Shown: positions 39,100 to 49,417, counted from the first letter of the stretch. The stretch: 64,000 nt of DNA from an uncultured Poribacteria bacterium (GCA_958296135.2 CATQHZ020000001.1:4947779-5011778), one strand, 5' to 3'. Notes: generated by a model from the letters alone, not told the origin. Translations and numbers: made by a program.

Positions 39100-40200
39100 T
39101 TAGTAATCAGCAATCGCACCGTCCCTCAACCGGCTATCGGGCCAGGTGAAACGCCTGTCAGACTCCTTTCCGACTTCAATGACGCGTGCTTCGTCAACCT
39201 CAACGCCTAAGCCGGGGCCTTCAGGTAAGGAAACGTATCCCTCTGCGTCCATCTCCCACGTTTTGTGTGCAACGCCGTCTGGCAGCACGTTCTCGTAGCC
39301 TTCATGGATGAGGAAGAACGGCACGGAAGCGGCGAGCTGGAAACTGGCGGTGAGTCCGAGATAAGACATCGTGCAGTGGGGGGCTATCGGCACGTGATGC
39401 GCTTCGGCGAGGGCGGCTACCTTTTTCACCTGCGTGATGCCGCCGCCGTGCCCGCAATCGGGTTGCAAGATGTCAATCACCTGTGCCTCCAAAATTTCGC
39501 GCACCTCCCAGATAGTCCGGTCGCGTTCGCCAGTAGCCAGGGGAACAGGGACAGATTCGCGGATTTTGCGCATTACCTCAATGTTGCCGGGCACCCACGC
39601 TTCCTCTAAAAAGAGCAAATCATCGGACTTGAGGTAACTGGCGAATTGCTTGACGATAGGCGGCGGGAGGCAGCTGTGTGCATCAAACATGACAGCACCG
39701 TCGGTGCCAACTTTCTCTCTCGCATCCTGAACGCGCTGCAGGAGTTCGGCTATCTCGTCAGGTGTGCCGGCGAAGGGTTTGGAACCCCCGGGGCCTGTCT
39801 TAATCGCCTTTGGGCTCGGATATTTCCAAATCTTGTCGCGGCACGGGCCTCCGAGGAGGCGATACACTGGCACTCCCCACAACTTACCGGCGATATCCCA
39901 GAGTGCCATATCAATAGCGGAGAGGGTATGCACCATGATTCCGCCGCCGCGGATGTTGCGATGCGCGCGAAACATGCGTTGCCAGAGATGCTCAATGCGC
40001 GTCGGGTTCTCGCCGATGATGAGTTCGGACAAGGAACGTGCCAGCGCACAGGAGACAGTGGGCTCCATGTTGTTAATTTCACCCCACCCGATGACATCCA
40101 TGTTGGTATCAATCTTGACATAAGACTTGACACCCATGGGAAACGCGGTGAGGTTTGTCACGCGTATGTGTGACGCGGTGTCTTGGTAGTGGGCTTCCAT
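39100..40200 (-). CDS. Mandelate racemase/galactonate dehydratase-like enolase superfamily enzyme
   Basis: 'SAIDMALWDIAGK', 'FDAH', 'FLEE', 'ATGER', 'ILQPD', 'APH'. Confidence 0.9.
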   Translation of the reverse strand: MEAHYQDTASHIRVTNLTAFPMGVKSYVKIDTNMDVIGWGEINNMEPTVSCALARSLSELIIGENPTRIEHLWQRMFRAHRNIRGGGIMVHTLSAIDMALWDIAGKLWGVPVYRLLGGPCRDKIWKYPSPKAIKTGPGGSKPFAGTPDEIAELLQRVQDAREKVGTDGAVMFDAHSCLPPPIVKQFASYLKSDDLLFLEEAWVPGNIEVMRKIRESVPVPLATGERDRTIWEVREILEAQVIDILQPDCGHGGGITQVKKVAALAEAHHVPIAPHCTMSYLGLTASFQLAASVPFFLIHEGYENVLPDGVAHKTWEMDAEGYVSLPEGPGLGVEVDEARVIEVGKESDRRFTWPDSRLRDGAIADY

Positions 40201-40293
40201 TTGATGAGTTCCTCCTTAGTGAGTATGCCATTACGCTTGAGGCAAGGCTATGGGTTAGGGGCCGTCTGGGAGCACCGTCGGCACGCCTTTGAT

Positions 40294-40737
40294 TCAAAAG
40301 CGGGAGTTTTCCGCCGCAACAGTCTCGGTAGTCATAGGATGCCTGCCCTCCGCCGCCGGTGCTTTTAACCCTGGGGCGGCAGCCTCTGTCGCTGTTCCAA
40401 GCCTGAGATGCTCTTGCACTAACGGCTCAATGGAAAGCCTACATCCGAGTGTGTTCAGCAGCGTCTGAAGCGTGCCGAGGCACTTTTCACAGTGTTCGCG
40501 CGCTTCGTCGCTGAATAACACGTTCAAGAAGGTTTCCGGTGCCACACCGGTCTGCTTAGCAAGTGCCGAAATGCCGCCCTGTGCCTCAACGACGGTTTCA
40601 ATTGCAGACATCACCGCGGCAGTATTCCCAAAGCGCTCATACTCTTCCATTACCGCGTGGAGAAAGCTGATTGCTTCCTCCCCATCGGCAAGGCGTTTCA
40701 CCCGGTATTCGTGCCAATCTAGCGTTGAGTCGTTCAT
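40294..40737 (-). CDS. Addiction-module antidote (HTH antitoxin-like) protein
   Basis: ATG 40737 with AAGGAG RBS; 'LADGEEAISFL...VVEAQGGISALAKQTG...TLQTLLNTLGCRLSI'. Confidence 0.75.
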   Translation of the reverse strand: MNDSTLDWHEYRVKRLADGEEAISFLHAVMEEYERFGNTAAVMSAIETVVEAQGGISALAKQTGVAPETFLNVLFSDEAREHCEKCLGTLQTLLNTLGCRLSIEPLVQEHLRLGTATEAAAPGLKAPAAEGRHPMTTETVAAENSRF

Positions 40738-40854
40738 CGGTATTTCTCCTTTTCGGACGTTGCTAGCTCGAAGGGATTCAAACCATTCGGTGAATGGCAC
40801 GCGTCCAGCTTGTGTTCGGAAGGCGCGCAGTTTGCGCGGAAGAACATTACGCAT
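40738..40854 (-). pseudogene. N-terminal remnant of a RelE/ParE (HigB-like) addiction-module toxin
   Basis: 'MRNVLPRKLRAFRTQAGRVPFTEWFESLR' resembles killer-protein N-termini; the rest is missing and the frame runs into the antitoxin. Confidence 0.65.
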
Positions 40855-40996
40855 TGATAACTTCTCGTCCATCTGTTTCAATTGTTGTGCAGCACATCGC
40901 CAATATGTATAGTCTAACACATTTTCCTTTTTTTCTTGACAAAAATGACGAAAGTTGCTAAAGTCACCCACAAGATGGACACAGGAGGCAGAACTT

Positions 40997-42064
40997 ATGG
41001 AAACCAACCAGACATACCGAATCGGCATCATCGGATGCGGCGGGATGGGACGCTCCCACTCCAGAGCCTGGACAAAACAGCCGAACGCCACGCTTGTCGC
41101 CGCCATGGATATTTACGAAGAATCCGCGAAACGCGTCGCAGACGAATATGATGTCCCCGCGATTTACACGGACGTTAACGAAATGTTAGCGAAAGAAGCA
41201 TTGGACATCGTCTCTATCACGACGTGGCAGGGGCCCCGCGCTGAAGCGACAGTTGCCGCCGCGAACGCCGGCGTGAAAGGCATCATCGGGGAGAAACCGA
41301 TGTCCGCTTCCCTCGGACAAGCAGACGCTATGCTTGCCGCTTGCGAGGCGAACGGCGTAAACCTGGTCATCGGGCATCAGGGGAGATACGCACCCGCGAA
41401 TATAGAGGCGCGCCGACTCGTCGCAGCTGGCGCAATCGGAGAACCGACGACGGTGCATCACCGCGCCAAACAGCACGCCGGGCTGCTCAACACCGGCACA
41501 CACGCGATTGACGGCTGGCGGTTCCTCTTGTCCGACCCGGAAACGTTATGGGTTATCGGCCAGACCGCCCGTACCACCGACCGGTGGGAACGCCGCACCA
41601 TCTGCGAAGACCTCTGTATGGGCCTCGTCTGTTTTGAAGGCGGCGCACGCGGCATCTACGAGGGCGACCTGCCGGAACCCAACGTCCCCATGCCAAAAAT
41701 CGCTGGCACAGAAGGCATGATTCGGAACGGCCCTGATGGCACCCTGCTCCTCCAAAACGGAGACGCGAAGGGATGGCAGCAGATTACGCCACCGCCGGAA
41801 CCGAAAAATCAATTCCAAGAACTCATTGAGTGGATAGAAGGCGACATCGATGCCCACCGTGGCAGCGGCGTTCAGGCGCGATACACTATTGAAATTATGA
41901 TGGCGATTTACGAATCGCTGCGCATCAAAAACGTCGTCACTATGCCGTTAGAGACGAAGGAGTTGCCGCTAGAATTGATGGTGAACGATGGCACACTGCC
42001 GGTCTTGGAAGAAGGCAGATACGATCTGCGCGCACCGTTTGAGGGTCAAACGCGGAAACGTTAG
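40997..42064 (+). CDS. Gfo/Idh/MocA family oxidoreductase
   Basis: ATG 40997 with AGGAGG RBS; 'GIIGCGGMG', 'GEKPMS', 'NTGTHAID'. Confidence 0.92.
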   Translation: METNQTYRIGIIGCGGMGRSHSRAWTKQPNATLVAAMDIYEESAKRVADEYDVPAIYTDVNEMLAKEALDIVSITTWQGPRAEATVAAANAGVKGIIGEKPMSASLGQADAMLAACEANGVNLVIGHQGRYAPANIEARRLVAAGAIGEPTTVHHRAKQHAGLLNTGTHAIDGWRFLLSDPETLWVIGQTARTTDRWERRTICEDLCMGLVCFEGGARGIYEGDLPEPNVPMPKIAGTEGMIRNGPDGTLLLQNGDAKGWQQITPPPEPKNQFQELIEWIEGDIDAHRGSGVQARYTIEIMMAIYESLRIKNVVTMPLETKELPLELMVNDGTLPVLEEGRYDLRAPFEGQTRKR

Positions 42065-42087
42065 TTGCAGAAAACCGTACGACCGAG

Positions 42088-42775
42088 GCATGGCGGGGGA
42101 AACCCTCGGCGATTCGCGATCGCCGGGCCCGCGCCCTACGGACTAAGGGGCTTTTAACCGTCGCGCGAAAGAGGCCCCTTTTAACCGTAGCGCGAGGGCC
42201 GTCACGCCGAAACTTTGTCATCTCTGCCGCCTCGCTGCAGAGATGTCCACTGTCCCTCGCGAACGTGGGTCAAAAGGAGCCGCCCCGCAACCCATAGCGC
42301 GAGGGAAAACCTGTCCCTCGCGAACCCTCTTGATAGACCGAAGCATGGCGAGGCACAGGACCGCGCCCTACGGACTAAGGGGCTTTTAACCGTCGCGCGA
42401 AAGAGGCTCCTTTTAACCGTAGCGCGAGGGCCGTTACGCCGAAACTTTGTCATCTCTGCCGCCTCGCTGCAGAGATGTCCACTGTCCCTCGCGAACGTGG
42501 GTCAAAAGGAGCCGCCCCGCAGCCCATAGCGCGAGGGAAAACCTGTTCCTCGCGAACCCTCTTGATAGACCGAAGCATGGCGAGGCACAGGACCGCGCCC
42601 TACGGACTAAGGGGCTTTTAACCGTCGCGCGAAAGAGGCCCCTTTTAACCGTCGCGCGAGGGCCGTCACGGTCACGCCTACAGAAAAAGTGCGTGTGTCG
42701 CCACGCGTAAGCACGCTACCTTTAACGTTGTCATCTCTGCCGCCTCGCTGCAGAGATGTCCACTGTCCCTCGCGA
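42088..42775. repeat. BIME/REPIN-like tandem array, 232-bp unit
   Basis: 'cgcgccctacggactaaggggcttttaaccgtcgcgcgaaagagg' at 42130, 42362 and 42594. Confidence 0.88.
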
Positions 42776-42817
42776 ACGGCCTTTCACCAGAAACACGCAT
42801 AGGAACAACAAAAAACC

Positions 42818-43291
42818 ATGAAACAGGAACACCCAACGCGCCGCTCATTTTTAGAAACCCTGACTGCATGCATCGGCGGAATAATCAGCCTAGCCGGCGG
42901 CATCCCGCTCATCGGCTTCGCAATCGCGCCCGCCTTCAAAAAAGGCGAATCGAAATGGGTTGACTTGGGCCTGGTCGAGCGGCTCAAAGGCAGCCGCTTC
43001 AAGAAGGTTGACTATACCTTCACCGCGAAGGACGGCTGGGTGAAGGCGACGAAAAAAAGGTCTGTCTATGTGACAGATGCTGGCAACGGCGAGTGGGCTG
43101 TCTTCTCTCGAACCTGCTCGCACCTCGGCTGTCTCGTCCGTTGGAATGAGGGACGCGGCGAGTTCCTCTGTCCCTGTCACGGAGCGGTTTTTGACAAAAA
43201 CGGGACGGTCATCGCAGGGCCGCCGCCGCGTCCCTTGCAAAAACTCGAGGTCAAAGTGGAAGCTGGCGTTTTGTATGTCCATGAAACCTAG
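42818..43291 (+). CDS. qcrA: Rieske 2Fe-2S subunit of a quinol:cytochrome oxidoreductase
   Basis: Tat motif 'TRRSFL', 'CSHLGC' and 'CPCHG', 'GPPPRPL'. Confidence 0.92.
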   Translation: MKQEHPTRRSFLETLTACIGGIISLAGGIPLIGFAIAPAFKKGESKWVDLGLVERLKGSRFKKVDYTFTAKDGWVKATKKRSVYVTDAGNGEWAVFSRTCSHLGCLVRWNEGRGEFLCPCHGAVFDKNGTVIAGPPPRPLQKLEVKVEAGVLYVHET

Positions 43292-43425
43292 CCAATACCA
43301 GAACGATCCAGTTCTCCCAGTCTGTTTTTTCCGCGGGAGACAAGCGGATATAGAAATCCGCCCTTAACAAGCACACGGCGTGCGTTCCGATAAAGCGGCA
43401 GAAAACCCGCTAGGAACTAGAAAAA

Positions 43426-44898
43426 ATGAAACAATTTCTTGCGGACCGGCTCCCGTTAGCAGAAATCAGCGCGCATCTGCGCAAACCGTTGCCGAAACAT
43501 ATCAATCTGCTCTTTTCGTTGGGCAGTTTGGCGATGTTTCTCTTGTTGCTACAAGCAGCGACAGGCGCATTTCTGGCACTCTACTACTCGCCATCGCCAG
43601 ACCACGCGCACAACGCTGTCACCTATATCAGCGAAGAAGTGCCGTTCGGTGCGTTCGTGCGCGGCTTGCATCACTGGGGCGCGAGCGCGATGGTAGTCAT
43701 CGTCTTCCTGCATCTGCTCCGCGTCGTGATTTATAGCTCCTACAAAGCCCCGCGTGAATTGACATGGCTAGTCGGCGTGCTGCTGTTCCTCGTCGTGCTC
43801 GGCTTTGGGTTCACCGGCTATCTCCTGCCGTGGGATGAGAAGGCGTATTGGGCAACCGTCGTCGGCGTGGAAATCGCGAGCACTGCACCGGTATTAGGCG
43901 AATTCGTCGCGAAAGTGCTGCGCGGCGGTTCAGAAATCGGCGCGGTGACACTCTCCCGCTTTTATGCACTGCACACAATCTGGCTGCCATGGATAGCGTT
44001 CGGGCTCGTCGCCGCGCATCTCGCCTTCGTGCGGTTTTACGGCTCATCCGGGGAACCGCGAAATACCCCGGAAGAGATGAAGAGCGGCAAACCGTTCTAT
44101 CCGCATCAGGTGTTTGAAGACGTTGTCGGGATGCTGATTCTGTTTGTGATTCTGGCATCCGTCGCGCTGTTCGTCCCAGTGCCACTAGAAGATATCGCAG
44201 ACCCGACGAATGCCGACTATGACCCGAGGCCAGAGTGGTATTTCCTCTTTCTGTTCCAGCTGTTGAAATATTTCCAAGGCCCGCTAGAAATCGTCGGCAC
44301 GTTTGTGATTCCCACCGGCGGCATCCTGCTCTTGCTATTTTTGCCGTTTTTGGATAGAAGCGAACGCGAGGTGCTGTGGAAACGGCCGGTGGCTCTGACG
44401 GTGACGAGCGTCTGCGTTGCTGCTGTTGTCGGGTTAACGATTCTTGGCGCGAGCGCGCCGAAATTGGAGGTAACAGATGCGCCCTTGCAAAGCGCGCCTA
44501 CGGAAACCCCGGCCGGAGAAACCCCCGGGCCCGATGCCCCGATGCCCGATATCGATGACCTGAAGGCACTCATGGCTCTCATGATAGAAGACTATTACGC
44601 TGTCATCGACTATTTTGACAGCGGCGAAGGGAAGGAGGAAGCCGTCGCGGCGGCAAAGCAGTTGGCGGCTCATGCCAAACTCATCTCAAACTTTGAACCG
44701 CCGAAAAACGCGGCTCAGACAGAGGAATACGTCTTCCTGCAAAATAGGTTTGTTGAAGACGTGACGCAATTTGCAGCGGCACTGGAACGCGAGGGAATCT
44801 CGGATGCAACGCAGGCGCAGTGGGATGCCATTGTGGAACTTGTCAATCAGTCACACCTCCGCTTTAGCGAGGAAGAGATTGATTTGGATGCGTATTAA
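43426..44898 (+). CDS. qcrB: Cytochrome b (fused b6 + subunit IV) with C-terminal cytochrome b562-like helical domain
   Basis: 'RGLHHWGAS', 'GFTGYLLPWD', 'PEWYF'; C-terminal soluble domain after a Pro-rich linker. Confidence 0.9.
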   Translation: MKQFLADRLPLAEISAHLRKPLPKHINLLFSLGSLAMFLLLLQAATGAFLALYYSPSPDHAHNAVTYISEEVPFGAFVRGLHHWGASAMVVIVFLHLLRVVIYSSYKAPRELTWLVGVLLFLVVLGFGFTGYLLPWDEKAYWATVVGVEIASTAPVLGEFVAKVLRGGSEIGAVTLSRFYALHTIWLPWIAFGLVAAHLAFVRFYGSSGEPRNTPEEMKSGKPFYPHQVFEDVVGMLILFVILASVALFVPVPLEDIADPTNADYDPRPEWYFLFLFQLLKYFQGPLEIVGTFVIPTGGILLLLFLPFLDRSEREVLWKRPVALTVTSVCVAAVVGLTILGASAPKLEVTDAPLQSAPTETPAGETPGPDAPMPDIDDLKALMALMIEDYYAVIDYFDSGEGKEEAVAAAKQLAAHAKLISNFEPPKNAAQTEEYVFLQNRFVEDVTQFAAALEREGISDATQAQWDAIVELVNQSHLRFSEEEIDLDAY

Positions 44899-44966
44899 GC
44901 ACGCGCCGCAGGCGCGCCACGGGCCACGGCGCGCTTTGCAATTTAGCAAAACCCGGAGAGAAACGG

Positions 44967-47900
44967 ATGCTCAGCATCAAACCCACGCACAAAGCGATAA
45001 AAACCTATTACGCTGAACTCGGACAGTACACAAACCTCGGCGCACAACACGAGGGAGCCGTCCGCGTCGCCTTCCAAAACCTGCTGCAACACTATGCAAC
45101 ACAGCGCGGCCTCACGCTTATCTGCGAGCAGACGCGCACCACCCCTAACGGAAACCACATCCGCATTGATGGCGAAATCGTCACCGACTTCGGCTTAGTC
45201 TTCGGACACTGGGAAGCGAAGGACCTGGGGGATGAGCTCCCCGCCGAAGCGCAACAGAAGTTGACAACCGGCTATCCCGCCAAAAATATCATCTTCCAAA
45301 CCCCGCACCGTGCGATACTCTACCAAAACGGTTCGCTCGTGCTGGACTTGGACATCACTGAACCGCGTAATCTCGTCCAGCTGCTCGAGGTTTTCTTCGC
45401 CTACACCGAAGAAAACCTCGCCGACTGGGATACAGCCGTGGACACTTTCCAAGATACCATCCCCGAGCTCGGCGCGAAACTCGAAGCACTCATCCAAACC
45501 GAACGCCAAAATACGCCCGACTTCCGCGAGGCGTTCGCGAACTTCCATCGCCAATGCAGAAACGCAATTAACCCCACTCTCGCCGAGGCAGAGGTGGAGC
45601 GGATGCTCACACAGCATCTCATGACAGAACGCATCTTCGCCACCGTGTTCAATAACCGCGACTTCACCCGCCGCAATATTATCGCCCGCGAGATAGAGAA
45701 CGTCATTGACGTGCTCACTCGGCACGCCTTTGATAGAACGCACTTTTTCAACGAACTGAATCCCTTTTACTCGGCCATTGAGAAAACCGCCAGCACCTTG
45801 ACAGAGTTCTCCCAGAAACAGGACTTCCTCAACACGCTGTATCAACGCTTTTTTCAAGGCTTCTCTGTCAAAACCGCCGATACACACGGCATCGTCTACA
45901 CCCCGCAGCCCATCGTCGATTTCATGGTGAACAGCGTGCAGCACCTCTTGAAAACCCACTTCGGCAAATCGTTGTCCGACACGGGTGTCCATATCATCGA
46001 TCCGTTTGTCGGCACCGGCAACTTCATCGTCCGCCTGATGCAGGAAATCCCCGGCATCGCCCTGGACAAAAAGTATCGCGGCGAATTGCATTGCAACGAG
46101 GTGATGCTGCTCCCCTACTACATCGCCACGATGAACATCGAACACGCCTATTTTGAAAAGATGGGGCGATACGAACCTTTTAAGCATATCTGTTTCGTTG
46201 ACACGTTTGATACCTTTGAACTCATGGACACGCCGCATCAGACAGGGCAGTTTGCCTTTCTCACGCAGGAAAACACGCTGCGCGTCAAAGAGCAGAAAGA
46301 TACCCCGATGTTCGTTGTCATCGGCAATCCGCCATATAACGCGAGTCAGGCGAACGAGAACGATAACAACAAGAACCGGCCCCACGAAGCAGTCGATGCG
46401 CGCGTCCGCGCTACCTATGCCGCCGCCTCCACGGCGCAACTGAAAAACAAACTCTACGATCCGTATGTGAAATCTCTCCGCTGGGCATCCGATAAAATCG
46501 GGGAAGAGGGCATCATCGCGTTCATTACGAATAACAGTTTTCTGGACGCGGCGATGTTCGATGGGATGCGGCAGTGCCTCGCCGAGGAATTCGACCGGCT
46601 TCATATCGTCGATCTGGGTGGGAACATCCGCAAGGGGCAAAAGGGAGATTCCAACGTGTTCGGCATTCAAGTCGGCGTGAGCATCAATTTCTTTGTGAAA
46701 ACGAAGCAGCGAGCGGGTTCGGCGCGCCTTCTCTACAACGACACAGCCGCCGCACTCTCAAAGGCACGCACCTTCCAGTTTCTGGAAACGTGCCAACATG
46801 TCGGTAATGTGACGTGGCGCGAACTGCAGCCCAACGCGCGGCAGCTGTGGCTCACGGAGGGGCTCGAACCCGACTTTGACACGTTCCTCCCGATGGGCAC
46901 CAAGAAAACAAAGGCGGCAAAAGGCGATGTTGAAGGCACGATTTTTAAGAACTACGTCCTCGGTGTTTCAACCAACCGCGATGCGTGGGTTTACAACTTT
47001 CAGCCGAAATCGCTTGAGGAAAACATTCAACGAACCATCCGTGCCTATAACCTCTGCGTGCTTGAATGGCAAGAAACCACAAAGCAGTCTGGCATCACCG
47101 TGGACACATTTGCGGCGCAGCATACCCGTGACATCAAATGGAGTCGCGACTTAAAGGCGAAGTTGAAGCGCGGCCGACGCGCCGAATTCGCGGCAAGCAA
47201 ACTGCGCACGTCGCTTTACCGTCCATTCACGAAAGCGCATCTGTTCTTTGATGAGGTTATCAGTGATAGAGTATCGGGGTTTCGTCCGATTTTCCCCACA
47301 CCTGAGGCCGAACAGGAAAATCGCGTGTTATGTGTCAATCTGACACCGGAAAAACCTTTTACTTGTCTCATGGCGAATTGCATCCCCAATCTTGTCATGA
47401 CAGGTGGATTCGGTTCCCCGACGCAATGCTTCCCCTTCTACACCTACGACGAAGATGGCACCAACCGCCGAGAGAACATCACCGACTGGGCTCTCGCACA
47501 GTTCCGCGCATACTACGCCGACGAGACTCTTTCCAAGGGGGATATTTTCCACTACAACTACGCGGTGCTGCATCATCCTGACTATCGCGAACGGTATCAG
47601 GCGAACTTGAAGCACGATTTACCGCATCTCCCGTTCGCCCCAGAGTTCTGGGGGTTCGTGAACATCGGGCGCGCCTTGGCAGACTTGCATGTCAATTATG
47701 AAGCACTTGACGTGCTACCGAAACTCATTGAGAACCCACCCCTCAATTGGCGCGTCGAGAAGATGGAATTATCTGCCGACAAGACGCAACTCCGCTACAA
47801 CGAATCCCTGACGGTAGTAGACATCCCGTCCGCCGTATTTGAGTACCAACTCGGCACCCGTTCGGCGTTAGAGTGGCTAATCGATCGGTATCGCGTCAAA

Positions 47901-48041
47901 CCCGATCCGACTGGGAGTGGGATTGTGACGGATCCGAATGGTGCGGATGCGCAATATATCGTTCGGTTGCTTGGGCAGGTGATGCGTGTGAGTGTCGAGA
48001 CGGTGCGGTTGGTTGGGGAATTGCCGTCGCTGTTTCCGTAG
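44967..48041 (+). CDS. Single-chain restriction-modification enzyme (nuclease + N6-adenine methyltransferase + type ISP-like specificity domain)
   Basis: 'RIDG...WEAK' PD-(D/E)XK-like motif, 'GIVYTP', 'IDPFVGTGNF', 'GNPPY', 'YRPF', 'YQLGTRSALEWLIDRY'. Confidence 0.88.
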   Translation: MLSIKPTHKAIKTYYAELGQYTNLGAQHEGAVRVAFQNLLQHYATQRGLTLICEQTRTTPNGNHIRIDGEIVTDFGLVFGHWEAKDLGDELPAEAQQKLTTGYPAKNIIFQTPHRAILYQNGSLVLDLDITEPRNLVQLLEVFFAYTEENLADWDTAVDTFQDTIPELGAKLEALIQTERQNTPDFREAFANFHRQCRNAINPTLAEAEVERMLTQHLMTERIFATVFNNRDFTRRNIIAREIENVIDVLTRHAFDRTHFFNELNPFYSAIEKTASTLTEFSQKQDFLNTLYQRFFQGFSVKTADTHGIVYTPQPIVDFMVNSVQHLLKTHFGKSLSDTGVHIIDPFVGTGNFIVRLMQEIPGIALDKKYRGELHCNEVMLLPYYIATMNIEHAYFEKMGRYEPFKHICFVDTFDTFELMDTPHQTGQFAFLTQENTLRVKEQKDTPMFVVIGNPPYNASQANENDNNKNRPHEAVDARVRATYAAASTAQLKNKLYDPYVKSLRWASDKIGEEGIIAFITNNSFLDAAMFDGMRQCLAEEFDRLHIVDLGGNIRKGQKGDSNVFGIQVGVSINFFVKTKQRAGSARLLYNDTAAALSKARTFQFLETCQHVGNVTWRELQPNARQLWLTEGLEPDFDTFLPMGTKKTKAAKGDVEGTIFKNYVLGVSTNRDAWVYNFQPKSLEENIQRTIRAYNLCVLEWQETTKQSGITVDTFAAQHTRDIKWSRDLKAKLKRGRRAEFAASKLRTSLYRPFTKAHLFFDEVISDRVSGFRPIFPTPEAEQENRVLCVNLTPEKPFTCLMANCIPNLVMTGGFGSPTQCFPFYTYDEDGTNRRENITDWALAQFRAYYADETLSKGDIFHYNYAVLHHPDYRERYQANLKHDLPHLPFAPEFWGFVNIGRALADLHVNYEALDVLPKLIENPPLNWRVEKMELSADKTQLRYNESLTVVDIPSAVFEYQLGTRSALEWLIDRYRVKPDPTGSGIVTDPNGADAQYIVRLLGQVMRVSVETVRLVGELPSLFP

Positions 48042-48060
48042 ATCGAAGAACGTCCTTTTT

Positions 48061-48476
48061 CACCGTAGGGCGAGGTCCTGTGCCTCGCCAGGCATCAGTC
48101 CTGCGAGAAGCGTTCGCGGCGGACAAGAACACCCCACTTCACCGTAGGGCGAGGTCCTGTGCCTCGCCAGGCATCGGGCCATCGGGAAGTGATCGCGGGG
48201 GACAGGCCACTACGGGACGAAGGACGATCGCGGGGGACAGGCCCCCGCGCTACGGGCACCGGGGGGTTGTCTGATACCGTAGGGCGAGGTCCTGTGCCTC
48301 GCCAGGCATCGAACTATCGAGAAGTGATCGCGGGGGACAGGCCCCCGCGCTACGGGCCAAGAAGGGGGCCTGATACCGTAGGGCGAGGGCCCGGCGATCG
48401 CGAATCGCCGAGGGTTCCCCCTCGCCAGGCATCGGTCCTGCGAGAAGCGTTCGCGGGGGACAGGTGCTCGCCCTAG
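48061..48476. repeat. BIME/REPIN-like array between convergent genes
   Basis: GTAGGGCGAGGTCCTGTGCCTCGCC copies alternating with GCGGGGGACAGGCCCCCGCGCTAC. Confidence 0.85.
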
Positions 48477-49279
48477 GGGCTTACCGCGGTCTGCATCTGC
48501 TGTGCCGCCTTGAATTGCTCGGCAAAGCGCGGCAGTCCTTCGGCGCGTTTGAGGAAATCGTCCAAATAGCGGCGCATCATCAGCGCATCCCCTTTTTGCT
48601 GATAGACCTGGGCGAGGCGGTAGTAAGCCTCTACCTCTGTTTCGTCAAGAAAGAGCCCTTTTTCGTAGGTTTGAATCGCGCGCAACCAGTCACGACTCTC
48701 CTCATAAGCAAGACCGAGGTTGAAATAGACGGTAGCATCGCTAGCATCTAATGTGAGTGCCTGCTCATAAGCCTGAATTGCGTCCGCATACATTTCGCGG
48801 TTCAGATACGCATCGCCGATGTTGGAATGGGCATCGACAAAGGTTGCGTCTGCTTCAATGGCGCGGCGGTAGGCATCAAGTGCCTCGTCAAACCGGTCTG
48901 CACTGTCATACGCGTAGCCGAGGTTGTTGAGGAAGGCGGCGTTCTCCGGACTGATTTCAAGCGCGGCTCGGAACATGGAAATCGCCTCCGAATACAGCCG
49001 CAGATCAAGGTAGACAAGCCCCATGTTGTTATAGGCGTGCTGATGCTGTGCTTCCAGCGCGAGAGCCTCCTGAAAAGCGTTTAAGGCGTTCTCGTATTCG
49101 CCAAGTTGATGGTAAACCTGCCCAAGTTGGATATGCCCTGCCGGATCCATCGGGTTCAGGGCGCGTCCCATTCGGAGTTGAACGGCATCGCGTTGGAGTT
49201 CTCGCCGTTGCTGTTGCGCGCTATCCGGCGCATTGCACGCAGCGAGGAGAATTAAAAAAACCAGAGCGAAAATAGTCAC
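48473..49279 (-). CDS. TPR repeat lipoprotein
   Basis: Lipobox 'LAAC' and about six TPR motifs; the start (GTG 49279) is uncertain, and the ORF-track extension overlaps the divergent gene. Confidence 0.85.
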   Translation of the reverse strand: MTIFALVFLILLAACNAPDSAQQQRRELQRDAVQLRMGRALNPMDPAGHIQLGQVYHQLGEYENALNAFQEALALEAQHQHAYNNMGLVYLDLRLYSEAISMFRAALEISPENAAFLNNLGYAYDSADRFDEALDAYRRAIEADATFVDAHSNIGDAYLNREMYADAIQAYEQALTLDASDATVYFNLGLAYEESRDWLRAIQTYEKGLFLDETEVEAYYRLAQVYQQKGDALMMRRYLDDFLKRAEGLPRFAEQFKAAQQMQTAVSP

Positions 49280-49296
49280 TCTTTTGGAACACCTAT

Positions 49297-49403
49297 AAGC
49301 AAACGCTAGCCACCCCGGAGCGCGAGGGCCTGGCCCTTGCAAACCTTGGAAAGCAAACGCTAGCACCCCCGGCGCGCGAGGGCCTGGCCCTTGCAAACCT
49401 TTG
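49297..49403 (+). repeat. Direct duplication of about 54 bp containing a REP-like palindrome
   Basis: 'aagcaaacgctagc..ccccgg(a/c)gcgcgagggcctggcccttgcaaacctt' twice. Confidence 0.8.
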
Positions 49404-49417
49404 GAGGCAACAAAAAT

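Noticed and set aside
40855-41106. 270-aa version of the antitoxin ORF
   Set aside because: The extension overlaps the divergent oxidoreductase and its promoter region; only the toxin remnant and antitoxin parts look genuine.
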